Shown here: piece after piece, positions 1 to 12,115 of the stretch
Position numbering within the stretch: position 1 is the first letter of the stretch
How the letters are laid out: every line of letters begins with the position of its first letter
Origin: Phoronis australis
Lineage: Eukaryota; Animalia; Phoronida
Length of the DNA stretch: 64,000 bases
Direction: 5' to 3'
Assembly: GCA_002633005.1 (NCBI GenBank)
Contig: NMRA01000559.1
Span: 212,867 to 276,866 of the forward strand
Notes under the pieces: model-generated
What the model was told of the DNA's origin: nothing
The model's database searches: none
What the model saw: only the letters and a program-made list of their open reading frames with translations
Program-made: the position numbers and the translations under genes

Positions 1-3000
1 TAATTGAAACGAGAAATTATTACGTCAGATTGCATAAAATATGTTTTGTGCCATGAGCATATTTCGTATTCTATCACATAGTGGGAACGAACTGAACTTT
101 ATCGTAATTTTTCAGAAGTTGCAATCATCAGAAACTTCTGTGACCCGTGACTACTTGGTTAGCAATTAACAGCTTTCAAATCAATTACTGTGTAGTGTGT
201 TCAAAGCTAGTTTAGAACAATGCCAGGTGAACGAAAGCAATTCAATAGCATATATCTTGTTTACTTCTAATCCTTTGTTGGATAAGATACAAATGCTGCA
301 ATGGCATGTTTGAATAAGAATTCCTTGTGGAATGTGTAGCTCACTTGATAATGGAGGCAGCCTTATGAGCAAGTTTCATTGTCTATAAGAATGCTCTAAT
401 AAATGGTATGTAAAGTGGCATACCATTACACACATGAATAGCTGCTGCTTGGTAAGCTTTAGCATGGTCCAAAAACGCTGTCTTTTGGTGGTGTGAGAAG
501 AATGGTACGTAAATTGATCAACAAATAAACTAACAGAAAATTGGCCTGATTGCGTTGTGAATTTTTCCTGTATTTACCTAGATTTTATTGCCATTAATAT
601 TTGTTTTATTTAATGAGAATGAGACTTGCCTTTGTTTGGTCTGTACACTAATTAAGTGTGCTGATGGATGAAGCGTTTCCTTTGACGATGGAAGTCACAA
701 CGTCATATTCCGATATAAGTGGTTCAATCATTCGTGCGACAAGGAAATGATTAGCTGTTTCGTAAATATAAATGAGGATGTAGAGGTGTGCGTCATTGAT
801 TGGATGTTAACGTTGGGATGGGGTGATGTAACACGTAGTGGATATAATTAATCGTAAGGTATTTGAACAGTGTAAAAAGCACTATTTGTAATGCACCCTA
901 TTGACTAGTGGCTTTTTACGTTGAAGACGTACATGAGTCATTGAGTCTTGCTCAGTTATTCGTGGAACGGTTACTTTTACTGTATGCAAGTTTTATTAAC
1001 CAGTGGGAGCTGGTCAAAATTGGATTTCGCCTTGTTTACCTGGATAAAAATGAGTGTTAAATCAGGCCTTTACCCTCATAAAATCAGTTTCATAGTATTC
1101 CTTATGGTCACATGATTCTGTTTCCATAACAACCCAGTCACAGGCAATGTGTAGATGTGCCTTTTTCAATTTCGCGATTGGAAAGGCAAATCCCCAATGC
1201 GTTGTTGAATTCATGATTTTGATTTTAGGGTTGTCCAACCCCAATAAATTTTCTAATTCGAAATTTTAAAGTTAACAGGCCAACCTCGGTAAATTCTTAC
1301 ACGTTTCTTGAGTTGGTAACAGAGTAGAGTCCGATCACAGTAAAGAATATTATGCGACTGACTTTATGACAGCAAAATGTTTTCATCCAACTGAACTCTG
1401 GGTATGGCAGCTTTCAATTCATGAGATACCCAAGAAAAATGTTCGAATCTCGCAATATATCGAAGAAGTAGCTGATTGGTGTCAAAGGAAACTTTCGCTT
1501 ACTTAGTACGACTTATGCACTTACATCAAAATTTTGTTAGGGCTTGCTAATTGTTAATTGCTTGGAAACGGCTGATTGCATTTGTATGAAACTTTATAAA
1601 TAGGTAAGTAAAATAACAAGAATGGATCAACTGAAATTTTCGGATGTAATAACGTCCTTTGTCAACTGAAACATCATCCCTGTCTGTCTGTCCTTCTGAC
1701 GTCCGTTGCTGTATCTGACGGGTGACCGTGTGTACCATACCTTACTTATTAAACATAAATTTTTCTTATTACATTCCTTAATTTGTAAATATTTCGTTTA
1801 AAAAGCATTCCCATTTCCCCACAAAATTCCAAGACTAGGAAATTGTTGACTTCGGCTATCTTCGGTTTCTACAACAAATCAGTGAGACGTGTCCCGAGTA
1901 ATGCCGAGTTGGTTGAGTATCTCCATACAGTTATGCGCCGAAAGTTCTGTTTTTGCAAATTTCAACCTATTTTTAATTAAACTGACGTTGGCATTCGAAG
2001 AAAAATGCCAGACCGCTGTGTAATGGGAGGGTATGACAATACACCATTGGGCTGGGCTATCTGTTCACAGATTTCTTAGTGATTTAAGACTGGATCGCCG
2101 GTCTGATCGAAGACTGTCACGTTCTCAAAGAAGACTAGTAAAAATAGGGCGATCGAACCATTCTTTTTGTTTTGAAGAAATTCTTCAATATCGTGGGAAA
2201 TGTAATGTATCCCACACAACAAAAATCAAAAAATTATCAAAATCAAGTGGAGCAGTACAAAACTATAACAAGTTTTGTGGAGAAATTTGGGTCACTTGTT
2301 TGGATCGAGTCGGTCATCTTGGACGACACCGGCAAGAAGTTAGGAGTTTAAAACTGGTTATAAATTATTTCCATCAATAGTTTACAATGAAATTCAGGAA
2401 GACGTGTCTTTACCTACTATTCCGTGTTATTCGATGGTTTTCACCAGAATTTAGTGAATGTCACTAGCTTATTGAGTGGTTGAAGTGCTCGCAATACCCA
2501 CATTTCCCAACAACATGGTGACTTTTGCTGAACTGAAAGGCATGTTCAGCCGGCTTCTTAGTAACCAGTGAAGATATAACTATACATTTTGACATCCGTT
2601 GCTATAAAAAAGCAACTTTGTACAATTTTCTGGTTTTTGTTTAAAAGTAGAAGGAATATTTTAATTATTTCTCTGAATTACCCATTCAGTTGCCCTCTAG
2701 ACTGTGCTAAAAATATTTGAAATGTTTTGAAATCATTTTTTGTTTGAAAGTTAACTTTTCTTAAATGATTTGATTGGGTCACAATGGAATACATATTTTT
2801 CTAAATTTTATGACTCATGGTGATTTCGACCTCCGTCCCGTTGGACATTTGCTCAAAATGGATATTATTAAATCAAAATATAAAGTTTAACTTTCAATTC
2901 ATAAACTACATACAACAAAACTGTCGATTACACCTTGATTCCACCTCTGCACACCATGAAATGCAAGACAAAACAACAAATTTTGTCACATGTCTCCGTT

Positions 3001-3239
3001 ACCCAAATATGGCTGACTGGCATGATGACGAACATTTGCACTCGTTAACTTTCTGTTTACAAACACAGCTTAAACTATCAATGAATGATAAGTACATATG
3101 GACACAAATAGACCTACATTTTCTGTGATAATTGACAGCGAATGAACACCAACACATGTACTCATCAGTGACAAGCTATGGCAGCGACAGGCTGCTTTCA
3201 TTTTAAAATCATTTGAAAGTGGAAATGAAAAGGCAATCA

Positions 3240-3540
3240 GTTTTGTTTTTAATAGTGATTTTATTTTGGTTTTAAAATTAAAATAATTTATATTTTTAAA
3301 CCTGTTTTACTTTCAAAATATTTTCAAAATGTCATATTTTCTTTTTTTACATGCAAAACATTTTTAAAATATAAGATTCTCTTTTTACTCATGTTTTACT
3401 TTCAAATTATTTTTTTCGTTTTTAAATTTATTTTACTTTCAAAATATTTTTAAAATTGTTTTCTATCAGATTTTCTTTTTAAACATGTTTTACTTTTAAA
3501 ACAATTTTCTTTTTAAAAAATATATATAGTTTTTTAGCAG
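3240..3540. repeat. AT-rich low-complexity tract with a recurring tgttttactttcaaa unit
   Basis: Directly visible. Confidence 0.7.
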
Positions 3541-3799
3541 TTAAATTAAATTTAGCTTGGCAGTAGTGGGCCACAATACATAACAGAAGAAGCCTGTATT
3601 CCGAATTGACTGCTGGGCTTCCCAAATTAATTGGACTGCGCAGACAATAACTGCTTTGTACAATGGGATCACACAGTACTATTCTTTGTGTTAATAAGCA
3701 GCTGTTTTAATGTCAAGCTGTGTCTTTAAGTCTTCTTGCATTTATTTATGCATCTTTGGAGTTCCTTGACGATTTTTTATTAAAGAGGCAATGACAACT

Positions 3800-4520
3800 T
3801 CCCATTTTAAGGTGGATTTAACCCAGTGCACCTCACTCTGTGGTCTTTTTATTATATTTCAAGTCTTTTTTGGCGTCTGGCTCTCTATTGGCCAGCTCCA
3901 ACTACTATGGCACCTCCTTGTGGCATTTTTTTGCGTCCTTGGTTACATCCCCTACTAGCTCTCTACATGATCTTTGTTTCGTTTGGCAAGAGTATGAAAG
4001 TGGCAACAGATGATGGCGACTTTCTGATGGATATGAATACCGATGTGCCTCCTAGTGGCAATTTTTTGGGGTTTTCCTCTGTTCCTTTGAAGTTCCTTGA
4101 TGAATTTTTATAAAATTTGGTAAATTGGTTGTCAATAAAAAGGTAAATCAGACATCTTCCCATTATCAAATGGATTTGATGTAGCGCATGCCATCTGGTG
4201 GCCATTTTTATTATTTTCGAGTCTTGTTTTTGGCGTCTGTCTCTCTATCGGCCAAACCACTCTAAGGATAATAATGAACATTATGTGTTCCTACTGGGAA
4301 GATAATGGCTAGCAATTTTCATACATCTCCGACTACTTTGGCACATCCTAGTGGCATTTGTTGTGTGTGGCTATATCTTCTTAACCCTTTGCAGGATCCT
4401 TGTTAAATATGGCTTAAATTAGTGTATCTGTGGGAGGGGGAAAATGGATAACAATGACTTTCGATGGATCTGTCTGTACAACTGTGTCCCCCCCCTCCTG
4501 TGGCAGTTTTATTTTTCCAC
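3800..4520 (+). repeat. Degenerate ~150-bp tandem units of the same HINE family
   Basis: Shares CCTAGTGGC, TTTTCGAGTC...GGCGTC and CCGACTAC blocks with 27300-27700. Confidence 0.7.
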
Positions 4521-4770
4521 TTCAACTCTCATTAACCTTTAACTTTCTCTGGTCCCAGAACTTAACATCTGAACTGAGAGTTCACCCTTGTTGCATAATT
4601 CAAATACAAGTTTGCCTGTGTGTTTTATTATTGGTGTGCAATTGGTCAATTTTTGGGTCACTCAGTTTCATGAATAGACTGTGATAAGATCCTATTCTCT
4701 AAGAAGTGTTTTACTTGGAAAATGCATTGCCGGATTTTTATAGACTCTTGAAACTTTAGAAATTGATGTA

Positions 4771-6076
4771 CCGTAATCGTTCGGGTTAACGCCCTGGGCG
4801 GTTAAATTGGCGAACCCAAAAAATCGGGGGTGGACGGTTAACCAGACATGGGCGCTTAAACGTGAAATTTCAAGAAATCGGGGGGGGGGCAGTTAACTGA
4901 ACNNNNNNNNNNNNNNNNNNNNNNNNNNNNNNNNNNNNNNNNNNNNNNNNNNNNNNNNNNNNNNNNNNNNNNNNNNNNNNNNNNNNNNNNNNNNNNNNNN
5001 NNNNNNNNNNNNNNNNNNNNNNNNNNNNNNNNNNNNNNNNNNNNNNNNNNNNNNNNNNNNNNNNNNNNNNNNNNNNNNNNNNNNNNNNNNNNNNNNNNNN
5101 NNNNNNNNNNNNNNNNNNNNNNNNNNNNNNNNNNNNNNNNNNNNNNNNNNNNNNNNNNNNNNNNNNNNNNNNNNNNNNNNNNNNNNNNNNNNNNNNNNNN
5201 NNNNNNNNNNNNNNNNNNNNNNNNNNNNNNNNNNNNNNNNNNNNNNNNNNNNNNNNNNNNNNNNNNNNNNNNNNNNNNNNNNNNNNNNNNNNNNNNNNNN
5301 NNNNNNNNNNNNNNNNNNNNNNNNNNNNNNNNNNNNNNNNNNNNNNNNNNNNNNNNNNNNNNNNNNNNNNNNNNNNNNNNNNNNNNNNNNNNNNNNNNNN
5401 NNNNNNNNNNNNNNNNNNNNNNNNNNNNNNNNNNNNNNNNNNNNNNNNNNNNNNNNNNNNNNNNNNNNNNNNNNNNNNNNNNNNNNNNNNNNNNNNNNNN
5501 NNNNNNNNNNNNNNNNNNNNNNNNNNNNNNNNNNNNNNNNNNNNNNNNNNNNNNNNNNNNNNNNNNNNNNNNNNNNNNNNNNNNNNNNNNNNNNNNNNNN
5601 NNNNNNNNNNNNNNNNNNNNNNNNNNNNNNNNNNNNNNNNNNNNNNNNNNNNNNNNNNNNNNNNNNNNNNNNNNNNNNNNNNNNNNNNNNNNNNNNNNNN
5701 NNNNNNNNNNNNNNNNNNNNNNNNNNNNNNNNNNNNNNNNNNNNNNNNNNNNNNNNNNNNNNNNNNNNNNNNNNNNNNNNNNNNNNNNNNNNNNNNNNNN
5801 NNNNNNNNNNNNNNNNNNNNNNNNNNNNNNNNNNNNNNTTATCATCGATCTTAATCTAAAAGGTCGGGGATTCGCGTTTCCTATTAGCACAGGGCGGTAA
5901 TCACCAATCGTTAAAAGTAGGGGATGGGCGCTTAACCGAGAGGTGGGCGCTTAATTGGAAATCTTCAAAAATAGCAGGGGGGCGGTTAACCGAGCAGTGG
6001 GCGGTTAAATCGAAAATCCACCTAAAGTAGGGGTGGGCGGTTAACTAAGCATGGGCGTTAACCCGAACGATTACGG
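4771..6076. mobile_element. Tc1/mariner-superfamily-like DNA element spanning an assembly gap
   Basis: Perfect 24-bp TIR CCGTAATCGTTCGGGTTAACGCCC, TA on both flanks, subterminal GGGCG(G/C)TTAA repeats. Confidence 0.85.
4903..5838. other. Assembly gap
   Basis: N run. Confidence 1.
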
Positions 6077-9011
6077 TAGTTGAGAAGTCCTGAGGTTTAT
6101 CACATACTTTAAAAAATGATTTGTGATACTGTTGCATAATAGTTAATCAAGTCTGGTTTCAGCATGTAATTTGCTGTTCATTATTTGATTTGCAGATTTC
6201 AGAACAAAGACAATAGTACAATGACCAACTTAATCATTTAATTACCAGCTAACGACAGAACTAAGCAAATTATTGTTTACCACTATTTTCATGTTTGAAA
6301 GGTCAAACATGACTGTTGAGATTGCGATAAAAAGTTTTGCCTATAATTATTGTTTTCTTATTATTTAAAGTACTCAATTGTTTTCCTGCAAAAAGCTGAT
6401 GTTGTTATGAAATAGTACAGGCAGAAAGCTAAAAATAAAAACGTCAAAATCAATAAAGTAGGATGCATCAGAACAGACAAGTTGAAGTTGTTTTTTCATT
6501 AAGTAACAGCGCCGAGCAAATTCTTCATTATTTTAAATTTATTATTTTAATGTTCTATACCATAACATCAGGTTTGAAAAATTGTGGTCGTTCACAACAA
6601 GTCTTTGAAAATTGATTAAAGGTCAAAGGTGACAATTATTTCTGTACTAAATTGACGAGATTCTAATAATATACAGTTCACGTTGTCATAATCACATTTT
6701 TCGGCTGTTGTTAATACCTGGCGTCACAAAACGAGACAGTTTTACACCTGCAGCTATGTACTTTTGTGTTAATATAAATCACAGGCCTCTCTGGTTGTAT
6801 GGGTTGCCTTTATTTAAATTTACGGCACAAGACAAACTACCGTGTCCTGTCATGATGTCTAATTTGGTTAACAGCATAATGACTGGTATCGGGAAGTTTC
6901 GAAAATAAGCCCATGGGCGGATATTCGCAAAACAACATTTCAAAACCATCAAATGAAACTGAGTATACATGCAGCGAGACGTATTTTCGGAAAGGGGAGG
7001 GGGCAAATTTTGGGAAAGCATGTCAGACATTTTATGATGCAGTTTTGTTAAACAAACATTTAGATGTGAATTTTTTTAATTAAACAGTCGCGTCTTTAAT
7101 ATGTAGTTGTATCTCACTCAGGTAATAACTTTCTTCGTTCATACTTATTTTGCATTCAGCAAACCATAATCATTTGAGTGAAATTGCAGTCCTAAAAATA
7201 ATGTCTTGCCTAAATAAACAAAATTTTATAACCGACCATTTTACACACGTTTTAGAACAATCCATCAGATTTTCAAAACATGTAGTTACTGAAAATACAC
7301 CCATGGGTGTACTTTTGGAAGTTTCTCTGAAAATACACCTAGCGGCATACTTTTGGGTGGGCCTATTCGCAGAAAGTCCTGGGAATAATAATTATGGAGG
7401 CAAAATTTTAATTACAGAATACCTTATCCATCTTAATTTCCTATTATTTAATTGTCCATCATTCTGGGTCACAAGGGAAAATCATTCTGACAGTGAATTC
7501 GGCGTTTGACCAGCCACCATGAAGAGGAATTGTGGGTCAATTTGTCCGAATGCTTCCGTCTGCTGTACCTTAGATTTACCCTTTACCCTGCAGCGTCATG
7601 GCTCACTAATCCTGAACAGACCTGTATGAAGTAAGCTTTTTATGTTTGGGAAATTTTTTCTTGGTATCACAAAGGACCTGGAAATTCTTCATGAGAATGA
7701 AAGCAAGTTTTATTTCCGCGCTTAGGGAAATTTTGTACGGGAAATCTAGCCACTTAAGGACACAGTATGACGGATATTGAGGGGAGTTTTACTTTTTCTT
7801 TTTTTCCGTGAAAGATGTGTAGCACCAAAATATTTCTTTTTTATACCGTAGCTACCATCAGACGATGTTTTGAAACATTGCGGGCATTCAGAATAATGGC
7901 AGAAGCTTTTGTATAGTGAAAATGGGACAATTTTGGCAATTATTGTCGCATGAAATTGGTGAGACATTATCGTGTAATTACTTTAGCAATGAATTAATGT
8001 TTCGTTTTGTTATTGTGGTAACAATTATTCAGTTTAGGACACGGTATAGTAGACAAGTAGAATTTTGTTTTGTCTAACTTTTGAACTGTTGAAAACTTGC
8101 AATGCTAATTTTGCTTTGTTCAAAGTGTTTGTATGTAAAGTTACCTCACAAAATTCAGTCAAATTATGAGTGTTTGTAGCTATGTAAAAGGCATTTGAAA
8201 ATGGGAATATGTCAATCTCAAACATTCCTTTTGTCCCAGATGTGTAATTTAAAACCAGTTTTTGAAATCAACAATCTAGACGCAATGTTACGTAAATTCA
8301 TATAAAGCAGTGTTTGTGTCTTTGATGTTGCCTTTAACCCCTGCAGCAACAATAATCTTATGTGTTATGATAAACTGTTTGGTTTTTAAGGATATCGTTT
8401 TCATCTATTTTTAACTCTGATTAACAAAATGTCAACAAATATCTTCAGGGTCTTACTCATTCTCCTGCTCACAATAAGAGCAACGCCAAAAATGTCCAGC
8501 AAATGGCAGCCACATACCAGCCATGTTTATGGCTACCTCATAAAATCTTGGAATCTCAAACCACACAAATTCCATAGTGCAGAATGTTTACCCTATTAGA
8601 GCTTGTGTTCATGCAATTACTTGTTTTAATATTTTCTTACTTGGCTGTTGACTTTTTCTTTTCCTTTTGAATGTTTGTAAAGTTTTAAAGTTAAATCAAC
8701 GCCTTAATCTTTATCTAGTCCTTCTTTAGTCATCACTTTGTTTGCTGGGTTGGATCAAAGATTACATGATGAACTCTACTAAAGGTAAACCCCCTATTTT
8801 CTTAAAATGGACTCTTCTGCTGTTTTATTATAAACCAACATCTGAAGAGTTTTAAAGCTGTCACCTTTGTATAAAATAATTTTTGCTGGGGAGTTTTGAC
8901 CAGAATTTATAGGGAGGGACCGACAAAAGGACTGTGGGATTTTAAGTTAGCAAGTTTCCCTGGCGATCTGATATCAGGAAGAACAGATTTATCAAACATG
9001 CTAGGTGTGCC

Positions 9012-9039
9012 CACCTGTCATTAGCAGCTCTATAAATAG
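9012..9039 (+). promoter_or_regulatory. Candidate syntaxin promoter: E-box CACCTG plus TATA box overlapping a MEF2-type site (CTATAAATAG)
   Basis: CACCTG at 9012-9017; CTATAAATAG at 9030-9039, about 770 nt upstream of the ATG. Motif match only. Confidence 0.4.
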
Positions 9040-9802
9040 CGTGTAACTTCCCTACTACCTGATAAAGGTGTGTTTCCTCTACCGTCTGTCATTGAGAGGG
9101 ATTCCCACTGAGCTGGAAACACGTATCGTGGAGAATGAATGAAAGAAAGAAAAGGACTTGAGAGTACTTAGAAAGTGGCAACAAATTTTGTGGATGACAG
9201 TTGACAATTGCACACAGTGACCTATTAGATAGCTGTTTTGGAGTCATTAAGGGAAGCCAAGTGAACGAAATTCCAGACTGTTGAGAGCAAACTAATGAGA
9301 AGCAGCAAACATTCTTGAACTGTATACTAGCACATGCCTTGTGGTATTTCCAGGAAATGTGCTGTTCCGTTGTTTAAAGTTCTGAGGTTTTAGCTGGGCA
9401 TTCCACATTCAACAGTTGCTTGTAAGCACAATTGACTGAGCATGCTGATTTAATTCAAGGTATTTGATTACTTATTAGTCGTTACACTGAGCAAGTCAAC
9501 TTGATCTAGCTTTGCCAAGAACAGTTGATGTGGTCCAAAAAAACTGTGAATTAAGTGTACGCTTCTACCCGAAGAGGGAACTTTGTTGGACATCATTGTT
9601 GAACTTTGTTTTAAAAAAGTGAACCAGTTCTCCATGTGAGTTGAACATCGTTAATGATCAATTTCTGGATTCAATTATCCATATTTGGCAGTCAGGTCTG
9701 CGAGTCTAACTGCATGAGAAAAGCCGGATAGAGAAAAGTTGAGCCCAACTTGAAATATTTGTGGATTTCTATTATTAAATCTTGTTATTAAACGGAGCCA
9801 CC

Positions 9803-10642
9803 ATGATTAAGGACCGTATGCCGGAACTCCTCGCCATCCGGCAAGAAGAAGAAATGCAGGATCTTGGGATTGAGCTAAATGACGTTGATCCGGTGGGAAG
9901 CCTGTTAGATCATGTGGATCGCGTCCAAGATGTGATTAGCTCGATAAGAGAAAAAGTCCATTTAATGAAAATCCTGATGAGTGACATAGTGACGGCGCCC
10001 ATGCCTGATGTTGAAACGAAACAGGAACTTAAACTCATCATGCTGGATATCAAACAGCTTGCTAACATTGTACGGTCCCATCTTAAACAGTTGGATCCGA
10101 GCAACGAATCGGAAATAGTGCCGTTCAATACGAGTCCCGTGGCTCATCGCCGCATGGGCATTATGCACTATGAAAATCTATGTCACCTGTTCTTAGAGGC
10201 GATGAATGAATACAATCAAGTACAAGTGAGCCATCACGAAGACTGCAAACGTCGTATCCGAAGACAGCTCAGTATTTCAGGTAAACACAGCATGCCTGAT
10301 GAGTACATCGAGTCTTTGTTGGAGGCCAATGACATCACCGTCGCTGTCGGGCCTAGTCAGACATTCATGGCACCTCCGAAATTTCTCCCAAACTTTCGCC
10401 GCAGCTTGAAACTCATGGAGGAACGTCAGCAGGATATTTATAAGCTGGAGGAACGTATTCTTGAAGTGCATGATCTTTTTCTTGATATACATAATATTGT
10501 TCTAGCTCAGAGTGAAACTATTGACAGTATTGAGCGTAAAGTGTCTGAGGCAGATAGCATGATTGACAGTGCTACAAAGAAACTTAAGAAAGCGAAGGAG
10601 GCAAAGAAAAAGTGTTGGTTATCAAAGTTGTGTTGTTTTTAA
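9803..10642 (+). CDS. Intronless syntaxin-1-like Qa-SNARE (279 aa) without a transmembrane domain; ends in a basic, Cys-containing tail (KKKCWLSKLCCF)
   Basis: ATG in GCCACCATG context. N-peptide MIKDRMPELL. Habc segments APMPDVETKQELKLIMLDIKQLANIVRSHLK and FLEAMNEYNQVQ...CKRRIRRQLSISG resemble syntaxin-1. SNARE motif carries the layer-0 Gln in AQSETIDSIE. Exact paralog unresolved, so no symbol is given. Confidence 0.93.
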   Translation: MIKDRMPELLAIRQEEEMQDLGIELNDVDPVGSLLDHVDRVQDVISSIREKVHLMKILMSDIVTAPMPDVETKQELKLIMLDIKQLANIVRSHLKQLDPSNESEIVPFNTSPVAHRRMGIMHYENLCHLFLEAMNEYNQVQVSHHEDCKRRIRRQLSISGKHSMPDEYIESLLEANDITVAVGPSQTFMAPPKFLPNFRRSLKLMEERQQDIYKLEERILEVHDLFLDIHNIVLAQSETIDSIERKVSEADSMIDSATKKLKKAKEAKKKCWLSKLCCF

Positions 10643-11093
10643 CGAGTTGTGATATTTGCTGTTATCTTTGTTATTGTTGTTTTATTCTATCATATTTATT
10701 TATGTATTTATTAACTTAAAGTCTATGAATTCCATTGAAATGTGCATTTGATATGTTACCAAAAGGCCTTTCCCACTAACGTCGACCCTTCAACATTTGG
10801 GGGAGCATTGGTCAGTGTGAACGCTTAAATTCAGTCTTATGGATCAAAATGAACAGTTGTTGCTCACTTTGCAGTAAATACGTGGACATAATAGCAAATT
10901 GTTGCATGTTGTTATAGTTGGAAACACTTATTTTTGGCATCCATTGAAGTTGTTGGTCGGGGGCTCTGCTATGACAGTGATGAAGGTCATATTACCATAT
11001 GTCACCTTATGATAACTCCGATGTCTGTTCATTACTGGAGCCAGATTTACGTAACTTGGTGAGAAATGGCCACAAGAATTTTGAATGTTGTCT

Positions 11094-11099
11094 AATAAA
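11094..11099 (+). terminator. Candidate polyadenylation signal of the syntaxin gene
   Basis: AATAAA about 450 nt after the stop, followed by a T-rich tract. Confidence 0.5.
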
Positions 11100-11205
11100 A
11101 CATTCATTTGGTTAAAGCACTGTTTTTTATGGTATCTCAGTTCTCATGCCTAAATTAAGCCACACATATGATTAATTCAAACCACAGAGGTGGGGGGGGG
11201 CTATG

Positions 11206-11627
11206 CAGGCCTTTATGCAGCGTACGTCCTGGGCGTCCAAATGGACACCCTAGCACTAATATGGACGCCCTGGCAAGGACGCCCAATGTATCATTTGGAC
11301 GCCCACTGTCAATAGGAACCTTTCAAGTTTGGACTCACACATTGTAATGAATACTAGGAAGCCTGTGAAGGCTCACATGGGGGCTCTTTTTTCAAAGCAG
11401 GAAGAAATATACAATGTTTATATTTTTTATTAAAAATGCTCACTACAGAAGGCTGTTTTGTAAACTTAGATGTAAAAACCTTGTTCTATGCATTTTTTTT
11501 GTAAAAAAATCTGTGTGTTTGGGGGGATTGCTGGGGTGGGAGGTTACGCGTCGGAATTATGGACGCCCTGGAATATTGGGAACCCCATTTTGGACACCCT
11601 ATTTTCGAAATCCTGGATGAAGGCCTG
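11206..11627. mobile_element. hAT-like MITE
   Basis: Imperfect TIR CAGGCCTTTATGCAG / CTGGATGAAGGCCTG; 8-bp TSD gggctatg / gagctatg; internal GGACGCCC repeats. Confidence 0.75.
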
Positions 11628-12064
11628 GAGCTATGTGAATGTAATGACGTTTGTTTGAACATTATAGAACAGTTGGTTATGGCCACAGTTTTACATTGTA
11701 TGCCTTGCAAATTTGAATAGATACCTCCAAGCTCAGCTGATGATTTAATTTCAGTTCACTTTATGTTGCTATAAACCAGTGCCTTGATGTGGTATTAGTC
11801 TTCATACATGACATGATTATGAAAAAGATCTCTGTCCCGAACATGTGATCCACATATCACATAGGTAAAGACTAATAATTCTTACTCATGCAGTTCAATT
11901 TGCTTTTATCTGCAGACAGTTTTTTAAAGTCATGGTCATACTACAAGTTTCCATAGAACCCCTTTCCCTAGAGCAACTTGCAACTTGTCAGCCGAGTATG
12001 AGGAGCCACACTTCACACCTCTACACTTTGTGACAAGTATGGCGCAAACGTGACATGCCATCAC

Positions 12065-12115
12065 TGTGTGTGTGTGTGTGTGCGTGCATGCGTGCGTGAA
12101 TGCGTGCGTGTGTGT
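12065..12115. repeat. (TG)n / (TGCG)n microsatellite
   Basis: Directly visible. Confidence 0.9.

Noticed and set aside
4856-5890. 344-aa ORF in the track, and the ORFs at 27697-28190
   Set aside because: Artefacts of translating N runs.
7594-7630. Possible small exon (ctgcag...gtaagc) upstream of the syntaxin
   Set aside because: Only splice-like motifs; no protein match and no way to confirm without transcripts.
181-9700. Numerous 60-120 aa ORFs in the track here and elsewhere
   Set aside because: No recognisable motifs, many non-ATG starts, and composition typical of AT-rich non-coding or repeat DNA.
9782-9802. ORF-track start of the syntaxin at TTG 9782
   Set aside because: The ATG at 9803 has a strong Kozak context and gives the conserved syntaxin N-peptide.
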